This document shows, piece by piece, positions 1-12,212 of a stretch of 64,000 bases of DNA. The notes beneath the pieces were generated by a model, which had not been told where the DNA came from, did not search any database, and saw only the letters and a program-made list of their open reading frames with translations. The stretch is from Octopus bimaculoides (Eukaryota), in NCBI RefSeq assembly GCF_001194135.2, contig NC_068982.1:183006340-183070339 (forward strand), read 5' to 3'. Position 1 is the first letter of the stretch, and the number at the start of each line of letters is the position of its first letter. A program made the translations under genes and the position numbers.

Positions 1-964
1 ATTAATTAACTCATCACATTTAGTAGTTATCATAAACCAGGCACGACCTCTTCCCTTACCACCTCGTATATTCAAGTGGTTATAAATGGGTCATTGGGGA
101 AGTAGGTCTAATGCTAACCTAAAGTTGCCTTTGAGGGTGCATTTAGAACCCCATTGGTGCTGAGCTAAATATTTGATACTTGTTATAACTCTTTCCTGGA
201 ACATTCTGCATTCTGTTATTTTACTGCCAAAAACAGTCAATTCTTGTTAAATTTGAATGCATCGTTAAGTCGGCAGATGTTCTGGGGTTTTCTTGTCTTC
301 AGTCCATACGTCGGTTCACATTTTTCCAACCATTATAGCCACTATAAATGAATAAGCTCTAGTCACGGCTCTCTCGATTAGAATATAACTTACAAATGAA
401 GTAGAACCCAAATGCTTGTCCTGGGTTAGGGAAATAACAACGCCATGTTCTCTTTCAATGTTTTCGCCATTGAACGAATGGATTTCATTAAACAGGAACT
501 TTGCGAAAAGCCTCTTATGTTGGTCATCAACTTGTTTTCGGTTACAGAGGAATCACTGTTAAAGTTTTCACAAAACATTATATATGTACCCAGCAATACT
601 ACATTGATTTGGAAATCATTTCCACCCGAAGTGCAGGACACGATTGAAACAGTTCTTACATACTTTTTACTAACTGTGTCAGATCTTCACGCTTGTATCA
701 ATGGAGTCTTTTTTTATTGTTTGTTTCTATTTGATTTGAGCTGTCATCAGCAGCATAATGCAGAATGTTTATTGTTACCGGTAGAGGTATCTTTTGAAAA
801 TGTTGTAAACATCGATCTTATTGCTGAGGTGTATCGCAATAGAACTTCCTTCTGTTGCTTCTTTTGTTCTCTTTCCTATGGGTTTATGGATTTGAGCTCC
901 TGATTTGTGATGTCAGGCAAATATTTGTTTAGTTCTGAAATACAAAACTAACTCAATAAATAAT

Positions 965-972
<8 letters not shown>

Positions 973-1041
<69 letters not shown>
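973..1041. repeat. (TA)n microsatellite, representative of dozens of TA, CA, GA, AAT, GAT and TACA tracts in the window
   Basis: Uninterrupted AT dinucleotide run. Confidence 0.95.
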
Positions 1042-1045
<4 letters not shown>

Positions 1046-1489
1046 AGAAAATATAAATATATAAAATATATGAATCAAGATGTACATAGAAATATCCGTG
1101 AATCAATAGCCTATGGTATAACTTTGAAATATTACCAAAAAAAAATATGGAAATTCATTGGTGACTCGAAGCATGTCTTCTTGCACATCAACCTTTCAAA
1201 TGCTACGTAAACAAACTTTTCTGCAAGATCACTCTAAATGTCTAAAAGCACTGTCCAAAATACCACCATTCTCCTGTATTACTGCAGCATGAATACTTTT
1301 GCTGAGCAAGAAGAGACGAGAAACAACACTTGGCAACAAAGACACCATTCAATGAATGATGTTTCGTTGTTGCTGTCACAGCCACTACTCAAGCCCTACC
1401 GAACCGGGTTCCGCTTGAATAATTCCTTGCATACCAGACCAATATTTTACCCATATTAAACATTTTTGATGAAAAATACAGTTTTGTGC

Positions 1490-1544
<55 letters not shown>

Positions 1545-1739
1545 TCAAATCCTCAATGCGATATTAATCTGCTATTAACAATGGTACACAAGCTCTTCGG
1601 CTAGATGAACCTTCTGAAGCCAACACTAGCATTCGGGTTATGAAGAGATTAAGTTTTTCAAATGTTTTTAAGTTACTTGTGGTACCTATTTACAGTATGA
1701 CGGTAACCATGACAGGTAGAGGTAGATTTAACTAACGAA

Positions 1740-2150
1740 GATTCATATAATAGACGTTGGTGGATATAACATATAAGGTGGATATATAACAGATGTTGTT
1801 TAATATAACAGATAAGAGTAGATATAACAGGTGAGCGTGGGTGCAAGAGTTGTGGGTAGGTGTAACAGATTAGAGACTATATGATATGTGATGGTAGACA
1901 ATGGGTGAGGTGAAGTATAACAGTTGAGGATTTATATAACTTGTGATGCTGGGTATAACAGGTGAGGGGAGCTGTAACTGGAGAAGGGAAATATTGATTT
2001 GGGTAGACATTATGCATGATGGTGGGGGTAGCAATGGAGGGTGGGTATAATATGTGAGAGTTGGCGAGGCATACGATAGGTGGGGAGAAATGTAACAGTT
2101 CTAAGTAGACATAGCAGATGTGTTTAAATACGAGAGAAGATATAGAAAGT
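1740..2150. repeat. Degenerate minisatellite-like tract (GATATAACAG-type units)
   Basis: Recurrent (g/t)atataacag(g/a)tg motifs at irregular spacing of roughly 20-45 bp. Confidence 0.5.
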
Positions 2151-3054
2151 CTATAATTACGTGGAATTTTTAGAGACAATCTTTACATGATATCAGGAAT
2201 CAGAAAGCGATGAAATAAAAAGACTCGTTTGACTTTCTCAAAAGATTAGAATAACTCTAAAATCAACAATTTCCTTAGAACTGTTATTCAAAGTTATTCT
2301 TCAGTTTATATCTTCACGTCTTTCGTTTTCATTTCTGTCCAGACACCTCTAATTTCTGAAAGTAATTCTGCATTTTATTTTAACAACTGCCGATCTTGAA
2401 ATAAATTTCTGCCATGACAGAAATTTAATAAAAGAAATTCTTGAATAATTTTCGTGGTTTTTAAATAACAAAGTAGATTTTTTATACATAAAAAAACATC
2501 GTTTCTTTGTTGCAGTGTTGTTGTGTTGGTGGTGGTGGTGGTGTTATTGTGTTGAAGTGAATCAAATTACAGCCATATTTATAAATGCACCACAAAGTCT
2601 TCCGACTTTTGATCTCTTTTTTATGTTGTTTCATAGCGTACAAAGGTTATTGTTAGTGATTAAAACATTACTCTGTAACATATGATCGGTCACATTCACA
2701 TAAAAGATCGCCTTGCCTCTGACTAGTTCTAACACGAGTGGAAAACACTCAACACAGGAAGAAATACATTTTTATACGGTCGTTAAAGTCTCTTAAAAAT
2801 TCGTAACTTCTGTTGTTACTTTTATATTCAACAGTCTTTTGGAAACATCGCGAATACACTATGTCAGACTACAGTTGTATGGCGTAGTAGTTAGATATTA
2901 CATTACATTGTCATATCGTAAATTGCTACGTTCGAATCAAGAAATATTCTTCTCAGTATCTAAAGAAGTGTATTATATTTGTAGTATAGAAAGAAGGATA
3001 ACAGGGTAACGCCGTTCGTAGGAGAGGCTAGGAAGTGAAAAGACGAGGATAAAA

Positions 3055-3224
3055 TATTCTTTTCTATTCTCGGCACAAGGCCCAAAATTTTGGGGGAGGG
3101 GCCAGTCGATTAGATTGACCCCAGAACGCAACTGGTACTTAATTTATCGAACTCAGAACGTAAAAACAGACGAAATACCGCTAAGCATTTCGCCCGGCGT
3201 GCTAACGTTTCTAGCAGCTCGCCG
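3055..3224 (-). mobile_element. SINE family A (tRNA-like head ggcggcgagctggcag...), internally deleted copy
   Basis: Matches the copies at 20452, 40321, 47213 and 61650 but lacks the central ccccgaaaggatgaaaggcaaagtcgacctcgg segment. Confidence 0.85.
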
Positions 3225-3593
3225 AGGAGGAGGTTGAAATATTGTAACTGAATAAGTCAGAGTAAGTTATGTCAAGTTAAGAGAAGTTAGAAGAAGTCAA
3301 TAGTGCTTCAGAACAAGACAAGAAAAGGTGGAAAAACGAGAAAGTGGAAACTGAAAATTGAAACATTGAAAATATGAAAATGTGTGAAAGGGTAAGGATA
3401 TTAATAAACTACACATACTTCAAAAGACCCTCGAAGAAAAAGTTTCTGGAACAACGCACAGAATATCAAAACTTCTCAAAAGATTCTCAAAGACTCTCAA
3501 AATATTTTGAAGGCTTCTGAGTCATGAAGTTATAAAGTTTTAAAATGTAAAGGTTTAAAGTAGACAGACAGACAAACAGACAGACTGACAGAC

Positions 3594-3654
<61 letters not shown>
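3594..3654. repeat. (GATA)n microsatellite
   Basis: Direct reading of the sequence. Confidence 0.95.
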
Positions 3655-3656
<2 letters not shown>

Positions 3657-3878
3657 ACCTACAAGTGGCCTGTAATCTGTAGATAGCTTGTTGCTAGTTA
3701 TTATGTTAAGTTCACATTTGGGAGCGCTTTTGGATCTAAGATCTTTCGTCAAACGTTCTTTTTGTTTTATGTGAAGGTTATTGCTGGTATTGGTTAGAGG
3801 TTCTGGAAGCAGTAGAAGAATTTCCAGCTATCGAGCTCAACCTGGCGGTTAAGATGCACCACCACATATTTGTTTTAG

Positions 3879-3945
<67 letters not shown>

Positions 3946-3960
3946 CGCGTGTGCGCGCGC

Positions 3961-3993
<33 letters not shown>

Positions 3994-4254
3994 GATATAA
4001 ATAAGATTCAGTTGAATTAGGTTCTTAAATTGAGACACCTCGTTAGGTCGCAATAATATACACACACAACAATATTATGTAAATATCAAACTTGAGACAT
4101 AAGTACCGGCCGAATGATATTCTTGCAGTATATGTAGACAATTAGACCCAGCTGAGTGAAGAAATCTGCTCTAGAGCTATTCAGGCATGTACATTATTTT
4201 AAATATAGTGTCCATAATATTTACGAAGCGCAGATTCCGAGACAGGCGAATGAA

Positions 4255-4781
4255 ATATAAATGAGTAAAAGTAGAGGTACAGGTGTCAATCCATTACGGT
4301 TGTTTCTAACGACTCCTTTAATTGATTAATGAAAACATTATGTCATTGTAAAGAAACCGTTTTCGTCAGATGAATTCATGAACTTCAAAATAAAGTACAT
4401 TCAAAACGATTTAACATAGTTTGAAATTCACGGAGCAAAAACATTTTTCAGTGATTCTGCTCTTTCAGTTGACAGAACGGATTTACCAGAATAGTGAATA
4501 TTTGATCAGAACAGAGAAATTTAGAGGTCGTAGGGTTTTTAGAAGGGGGAAGGAATAATTGACCCTAGTGACCCAATTATATCTACTTCTAACAAGAGAG
4601 GAGGGCGCAGCTCCATTAGTCTTGGGTTTATCTAGATATTAAGGAATTGTTTAATATCTACTGATTAGTGGCAAGAAAATGATTTGTGGTCAGGTCAACC
4701 TACTAAATTATCAATTAAAGGAGTCGTTAGAAACAGCCGTCATGGATTGACACCTGTACGTCTACTGTTACTCATTTATAT
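4255..4781. mobile_element. MITE with ~70-bp terminal inverted repeats (Tc1/mariner-like)
   Basis: tgagtaaaagtagaggtacaggtgtcaatccattacggttgtttctaacgactcctttaattgat (from 4262) versus the reverse complement of 4710-4774: 4 mismatches in 65 nt. The ends are TA-rich and the interior is non-coding. Confidence 0.85.
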
Positions 4782-5010
4782 ATATCTATTCTCTTTACTC
4801 TTTTACTCATTTACTTGTTTCAGTCATTTGACTGCGGCCATGCTGAAGCCCTGCCTTTAGTCAAGCAAATCAACCCCAGGACTTATTCTTTATAAGCCTA
4901 GTACTTATTCTATCGGCATCTTTTGCCGAACCGCTAAGTTAATGTGACGTAAACACACCAGCATCGGTTGTCAAGTGATGTGGGTGGGGGGGATAAACGC
5001 AGTCACACAA

Positions 5011-5048
<38 letters not shown>

Positions 5049-5210
5049 GACGGGATTCTTTCAGTTTCCGTCTACCAAATCCACTCACAAGGCTTTGGTC
5101 AGCCCGAGGCTATAGTAGAAGGCACTCGCCTAAGGTGCCACGCAGTGGGACCGAACCCGAAACAATGTGGTTGGGAAGAAATCTTCTTACCACAGAGCCA
5201 CACCTGCGCC
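4782..5210 (-). mobile_element. SINE family B (tRNA head, CORE-like middle, internal microsatellite, gactgaaacaagtaaaaga tail), near full length
   Basis: Same architecture as the copies at 7947, 28597, 34205 and 39651. Confidence 0.88.
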
Positions 5211-5396
5211 TATATATATCTTGGTTTTATCTTGAAGAGTTCGTTAAAGGAAAGAAAGCGGTAATAAAGAATTATCCAAAATTCTGACGGCCTTCTTTTT
5301 CATAATATTACAATATTTATATATATATGCATAAGTATATATATACATATATNNNNNNNNNNNNNNNNNNNNNNNNNNNNNNNNNNNNNNNNNNNN

Positions 5397-5449
<53 letters not shown>

Positions 5450-6225
5450 GTATGTATATATAGCATATTATAAAAGTATATATATATATAAATAGCCAGG
5501 CATCCAATCCTCTTCTTATCAATCGGTCTGCTTTTCATCAGATCACACTATACTTTATAACCTCCCATAGAGTAAAGATCAAATGTAGTATAGTACAGTT
5601 GTACATTATTCGGTTATATATAAAATATATTTTTAATCTGTCGATTAATCGCGTAGTTACGCCTTTGAAAAATTCTCGTTTCAAAGCATGTTACTAAGTG
5701 CAAAATCAATATTTATAGTTAAGGTATGAATGTTATCAATCAAGGCGGGTTAGCCGTTCGAGTAGATTACTTGGGTTTATAGAATGAAGACCAGAAATTT
5801 TCAAGAACTTCGGAAAGAAAGGAGTATCTAATATAAATCTAAAACAATTGAAGCGTGAAAAATACATAGCCAAAAATACGCGAAAACTTCGTAGCTGACA
5901 GAACGAATTTTGACACCAAATGATAGATTTTAAGTTAACAGCTTTTGTGTATTTTTGAATAGCTAATGTCTTCTGCGTTTTAATCGGTTTAGGTTCAACA
6001 TGGTCTCAGACCAAATCACTTGCCTCTTCACATAAATATTTTCAGCAGTAAACAGGCTAATATATAAGTAGTGATTTTCGTAAGCTTAACGTATGCTGTA
6101 TTTTATGTCTAACTTCTTACATTCACATTCGGGTGATCACATCTTTGAAAAATGTTAGCAGCTTTTTGTATCACCAGATACAAAATAGAGGAAACTATTT
6201 ACTGATTAGTTTAAAATTATGCTCG

Positions 6226-6470
6226 AAGGATGTGGCCCCGTAGTTAGAGCATTGCACTCACAATCGCAAGATTGTGGTTTTGATTTCTGGACCGGCCAGT
6301 GCATTGTGTTTTTGTGCAAAACTCTTCATTTCATTTCATAAGCTATAAATAAGTAATCTTACAACAGACTGGCGTCCTTTTTAGGGAGAGCGTTATCTCT
6401 GTCATTTATACACCGTGAAACCCAAGTAATTGGCTCGAGGACTCAAGTCAGTAATATCCATTATACATGA
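6226..6470 (+). mobile_element. SINE family D (tRNA-like head), diverged
   Basis: Shares gcattgcactcac(a/g)atc and tgtgtt(c/t)ttg...cttcatttca with the copy at 27010. Confidence 0.6.
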
Positions 6471-7365
6471 GTCTACACTAAAGCCTCTTCATCCAAATAT
6501 AAACGTTGTTCTATGAAATTAGCGCTTATGTGTAGATGCACGGAGAATATTGACGTTTGTAGTAAAGCTTTTCATTGAACAGAAAATATTTTAAAACCTA
6601 TATCTTCAGTTCAGTACTACTATAAACAATTAAAAAAATACTCTCTCATCACCAAAAAGTGTTTTATTCTTCATCATTCTACAGCATAACACTTCATCCA
6701 AATTTTAGAATTTCCTTTCCTGCATTAGCAAGCGATAGCTTTTACAATGTTATACCAACAAGGTGAAGTTTCGCCCCAAAATTCTTGATATTAGAGTAAG
6801 CAATACTGTAACCCAAATACATTTGATTCTGGTGGTATGAAGCTTAACACCGTTTCTAACACCAGAACCTAGCATTTCCGCCATCATTCGGTCACGATAT
6901 TTCCTTTAACGCTAAATTAGAAAGCCTGTTTGCTTCATCGCTTTTACTCAATAAAGACATTACCACATTTGCTACGGTTCACAAAGCATCGTAAGGATCT
7001 TACGTGGAGAGAAGATTTGTCAACGAATACAAAGGCAGTTCTAACTAATCTAATTAATTCTCAGGTGTAGTCTGATAAAACGGTACGATGATATTTCTCA
7101 CTTCGTGCTATATAGTTCGACTTTGAACAAGTTGGCAAATACGTGAAAATAAAGCGATAGAACGACCTTACTGGCGTAGCAAGGCGGAAAATCGGGTGCA
7201 AGCGAAATATTTATCGAAAACTAAGAAAAGAAATGTGCAGTACAGATGTGATTAGGTTGGCGGTTTCATACATATGCACATACACATACAGACAAACACA
7301 TACACATATCAATGTGAGCATGAACACACGTATGCAATCAAACACACATATACACACACACACAC

Positions 7366-7408
<43 letters not shown>

Positions 7409-7412
7409 AAAA

Positions 7413-7448
<36 letters not shown>

Positions 7449-7509
7449 CTATAGGTATATTATCTAACATATATATATATTATAGAGTATACAAATATAC
7501 ACACATATG

Positions 7510-7550
<41 letters not shown>

Positions 7551-7583
7551 GACACATACACATAAATACATATACTACTTATG

Positions 7584-7619
<36 letters not shown>

Positions 7620-7946
7620 ATGTATGCACATTCATATACATAAATCGATAACTTTTTACAATTTGAAGACAAAAACAGCGGAGAAAATCTCAGTCAAATG
7701 AAGTTTTGCCATTCACCGTATTACATATGTGAAACTCTACGTTATTTACTTCCTACAATGCGCTTCTTTGGAATATTTTCTTCTACCCATTATTGACACA
7801 TTTATATGTATATTTGCTTGTGTATACGCATGTATGCGTTTGTATATTCCAATTAATTTATTCTTTTGCGTGCATTTTTCTTTGGAATACACAAACACAC
7901 ACACACGCACATACACACACACACACTCATACATACACACATAGTC

Positions 7947-8207
7947 ATAGGCGCAAGCGTGGCTGTGTGGTAAGAAGTGGTCTTCCCAACCACACGGTTC
8001 CGGGTTCAGTCCCACTGTGAGAAACTTTAGGCAACTGTCTTTTACTATAGCCTCGGTTCGACCAAATTCTCGTGAATGGATTTGGCAGACGGAAACTGAA
8101 AGAAGCCTGTCGTATATGTGAAGTATATGTGTGTATGTGTCTATGTGTGCACGTCTTTGCGTTTTTTTTCCTACTGCTTTACAATTAGTGTTGGTTTGGT
8201 TAGGTCC
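7947..8207 (+). mobile_element. SINE family B, 5' part (3' tail displaced to 9199-9293)
   Basis: Head ggcgcaagcgtggctgtgtggtaag and the CORE-like middle are present. The family tail reappears about 1 kb downstream. Confidence 0.8.
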
Positions 8208-9198
8208 TGTAGCATACGCTTGAGGGAAATTCCCCTCTCTCTGTTATATATACATAAATACAGACGTAGTAGATAACAGCTGGCCTTCGGCCGCCCTTTT
8301 GCACCCTGTTGTGTCCTCTACTCTGGTTGGTTGGTCGGTATTAGCGCAACTTGTCTCTTGCTCTATTGCGCGCCAATATGCAACCCAACCAATCGCAGTC
8401 TTCTGATAAGGTCACGTGAGACAGTCTGTTTTAAACCTCCTGTGAGCCGACTGCACCCTATAAAACTCTAGCTTCACATCGAGTCGAGGTCTTTGGTTCC
8501 AGACCTTTTAAGGTCTAGCCACTGACCACACAGGACACAGCCAGTTCCAGCGACAACATCACAGCAGCTACATGGAGACTCATCAACTTCATCCAGCAGC
8601 ATTCAGCAACCTCCATCTCGTCTGCTACCATTTGTCCTAACGTCATCACCTCTCTACGTACACAGCAACCAGCAACTCGCACAGGTCTCAACACAACACT
8701 GTTCATGAATTAATTCACCATGGTTAGCAGCAAATACAACCTGCGAGAACTTCCTGTACCAAGTGACCGGCAGCAGCATCGTAGCCACAACTTCTTGCAC
8801 GACAGTACCTCAACCGGCTCTGCATTACAGCCACAACTTCTTGATACAGCTTTTCAACTATCGTGTACATTGACTACGAACTGGTATTTATCATCCTTGA
8901 GTCTGAACCTTCTTCTAACGTCCTATTATAGATTCTTTCAAAGCTCTGTACTTATCGCACACGCATGCATTCATGTTTGTACACACACACTTTGTTCTCA
9001 TGACGGCCTGTCTATTATTATGTATATATGACGCACACACATGTTAACATATAAATAAAATCTTCTCTTAAACATTCGGTTGTGTCTCTCTTTTCCTTCT
9101 GGCACATATACGCATTTATTCTTTTCATATTTATTGCATCGACCGTGTGATGTGCAAAGGAGCCATTCTCGTCACCTCACTTCGCATGGTCGTTTACA
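8208..9198 (+). mobile_element. Probable solo LTR inserted into a SINE
   Basis: TGTA...TACA termini, about 990 bp, internal TATA-like ctataaaa (~8458) and AATAAA (~9055), no convincing ORF, and it interrupts a SINE. No TSD is visible. Confidence 0.5.
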
Positions 9199-9293
9199 AA
9201 TAGAAAAACTACTGGAGCCGATTTGTTCGACTAAGACCCTTCGATAGAGTGCCCTAGCATGGCCACAATCCAATGAGTAAAACAAGTAAAAGA
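9199..9293 (+). mobile_element. SINE family B, 3' tail
   Basis: gatttgttcgactaa...gcatggcc...aaacaagtaaaaga matches the tails of the other copies. Confidence 0.75.
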
Positions 9294-10404
9294 CATTATC
9301 GATCCTTTGTTAACGACTCGAACCTGTTTCAGAACATTATTCATTGCTACAAAACTTCGTTTGCACATCAATTATAAGTTCTAAAACTTCAACAAAGTCC
9401 GAAAATCTCTCAAAACTTCTCTTGAAAAGTTAATAAAGCACAAATTATCAATATAAAGTAAATGCATATAATAAAAAACAATCCCTTGATAGTACAATAC
9501 GCTAATAACTAAGAAAATCAAATAGAAAGAATAAAAAACATTAATAAATAAAAGAAATCTACAGATCATTTGAAAAATCTCTTCCTCACAAAGATATAAA
9601 AGATATAAACATTTATTAAATAAACAGGTGTAATTACACGATAAATAGCATGAATAATTATGTAAAAAAAACAAGTAATTAATTAAATTTCTGAAAATTA
9701 ATTAATCATTTAATTAAATTCATGGTAAGTTCCATTCTTTGTTATAAACTGCTTTGTTATATCTTGCCATGTTATATATATATCATTAAAACGAAATAGC
9801 AAAGTAGACGGTCTAGGGTTAGAATTTCTTTTTCACTTTAATAAAATATCAAGAAGAAACCGATAGAATAAGTGTCAGGCTTTAAAAAGTAAACACCTTG
9901 AACGTGATGCCCCAGTGCGGTTGCAGCCCAATGAATGAAACAAGTAAAAGATAAAAGATAAGGGGATCACCATAGTCAGTTCTTGTGAACATTCCAAAGG
10001 TCTTAATAAACTTCATCAGCAAATTTTTTCAGTCCTGGCTTAATAACCGCTGACGTAGGTATTGTGGTATCACAATGACAAAAAGAAACCTTCTTTACCT
10101 TTTTTCTATATACGCATCTATATTTCGGACGTGGGTGGCACTCCTCAGAGTTTATTCATTGTTGCACAGATTTAGCCTCTCTTCTCGATAGAAAACCCTA
10201 AGCTCTTCACTCTCAGCTCATAAGCACTCAACAAACTTTGAGGAGTTTGAGATTTCAAAGTCAGACTCGGTACGTGACCCGAGAATAAATATGAGAAATA
10301 ATGCATCATGGACATATTATCAAGACAGCATATATGTATATATGCGTACATATATGCATATACATACTTATATATATACATATATGTATGTATGTATACA
10401 TGTA

Positions 10405-10461
<57 letters not shown>

Positions 10462-10471
10462 GTGTGTGTGA

Positions 10472-10502
<31 letters not shown>

Positions 10503-10532
10503 TGTGTGTGTGTCTGTGTGTGTGTGCGTGTG

Positions 10533-10909
10533 TACAAGAGTTACAGAATGGAGTAGATAAGATCCGGGCTGCATATGTTTCACAACGAACGGAACCTCGG
10601 AGGTGGTAAATATCCAAGCGAGATGGATACCGCGGTCTACATGTCATATGAAGGGTATCTTGATCAAATGAAGTTTACATTGTCACAAGGAGATACATTT
10701 TAACACACGTGTGTGTCGCAAGGAGGTACATGTTAACACACGCGTGTGTTAACCTGTACCTCCTCGCGACAATGTAAACTTCATTTAATCAAGATACTCT
10801 TGACCTGACGATTAACCTCCGGTATTCACCTCTCTTGGATATTTACCAAACGAGGTGTATGAAACATATGTATCGCGGATTTTGTTTACTCCATTCCTTA
10901 ACTCTTGTA
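10533..10909. mobile_element. Fold-back (whole-element palindromic) MITE with TA flanks
   Basis: TAcaagagtt...aactcttgTA termini. The arms stay complementary to a perfect central palindrome gttaacacacgcgtgtgttaac centred at 10742/10743. Confidence 0.8.
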
Positions 10910-11139
10910 TTCTTATTCGCATACCCAGTAACAGTGGTTACGTACCGGGAAATATATTTTAAAAAATATCAACTTATAGTACTTCGATACGAAAAATCCC
11001 ACCATAAACCCTCAATAAATCACTATTGTCCCTGAAAGTTGTCTTTATATTTACCACGATTTCTTGAAGCTACCTTACTTCCTACATCTCGATCTTGGGA
11101 TATTATATATATATAATTGTTCATCTCTCGGTGGTGTGT

Positions 11140-11178
<39 letters not shown>

Positions 11179-11184
<6 letters not shown>

Positions 11185-11700
11185 AAAATTCAAAAACTAG
11201 AGTAGTGGGGAGAAATATGTACAGTGATGGGTATGTAATCGTGAATTAGAATATGTATGGAGATCAAAGTTGGTTATGCGTGCATATTTAGACGTGTTCC
11301 GTATTTTTCGATGAATAAATTTTCTTTATTTAAACGTTCTTTTATAGAAATTGTATCTTTGCACTAGTAGAAGGGAAAAACTGTGAAATTTGGTTTGATG
11401 TTACCCGCACATCTCTCTATGTATCCACTTAAAGGAATCTGTCTGTATTGCGGAAACCGGATCTGCTCTCTATGTAGAGTGGTTCTCCGTCTGAATGTCA
11501 TGCTCATCTTTCCTATTAATAAATTAGAATCTCAGAGGCACAGGTGAATTTAGTTTTAATTGTGAACCTCTCTCCTTGTTTGAAAAGGAAATCCTAGCCT
11601 TCAAGTAGGTTGGAGCATGTTCTACATTTTGGGCATCCACATTTTTTAACCGTTGGTTTCGTGGTGGTTGTGTAAAGCTTCGCATTTATTACAAGTATCT
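11179..11700 (-). mobile_element. Penelope-like element 3' fragment (Cys-rich linker plus GIY-YIG endonuclease), decayed
   Basis: The minus strand reads KPTVKKCGCPKCRTCSNLLEG...FTCASEILIY...IGKMSMTFRRRTTLHREQ, with stops and a deletion. Confidence 0.8.
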
Positions 11701-11723
11701 TTAGCAGTTTGTGCTGCATTATG

Positions 11724-12141
11724 CAAAGAGAGAGGTTCATAATTAAAATCAATTTCACTTGTGCCTCTGGGAATCTAATTTATGCAATAACCTGCTCGGG
11801 TTGTGGCATGACTATATAGGAAAGACAAGTATGACATTCAGACGGAGAACCACTCTACATAAAGAACAGACCCGGTTCCCGCAATACAGACAGATTCTTT
11901 TAAGCAAACACATAAAGAGATGTGCCGGTAACATCAAACCAAACTTCACAGTTTTCTCCTTCTACTAGTGCAAAAATACAATATCTACACAAGAACGTTT
12001 AAATAAAGAAAATTTATTCATCGAAAAATACAGAACACGTCTAAATATGCACGCATAACCATCTTTGATCTCTATACATATTAACACACGATTACATACC
12101 TATCACTGTACATATTTCTCTCCACTACTCTAGTTTTTAAA

Positions 12142-12148
<7 letters not shown>
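11724..12148 (+). mobile_element. Penelope-like GIY-YIG endonuclease fragment, inverted partner of 11179-11578
   Basis: FTCASGNLIYAITCSGCG(frameshift)HDYIGKTSMTFRRRTTLHKEQ...KENLFIEKY, with the IY...YIG motif and conserved Arg, His and Glu positions. Confidence 0.85.

Positions 12149-12212
<64 letters not shown>

Noticed and set aside
445-903. 152-aa + strand ORF
   Set aside because: No recognisable motif or splice context. The opposite strand looks like stop-riddled decayed coding sequence that I could not assign.
3778-3849. Exon-like segment GYCWYWLEVLEAVEEFPAIELNLA after a polypyrimidine tract
   Set aside because: The donor is weak, no phase-compatible neighbouring exon was found, and I recognise no homology.
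7233-7651. ORFs rich in YIYI, HTHT and CVCV here and throughout the track
   Set aside because: They are translations of (TA)n, (CA)n and (TG)n microsatellites, which lack stop codons in some frames.
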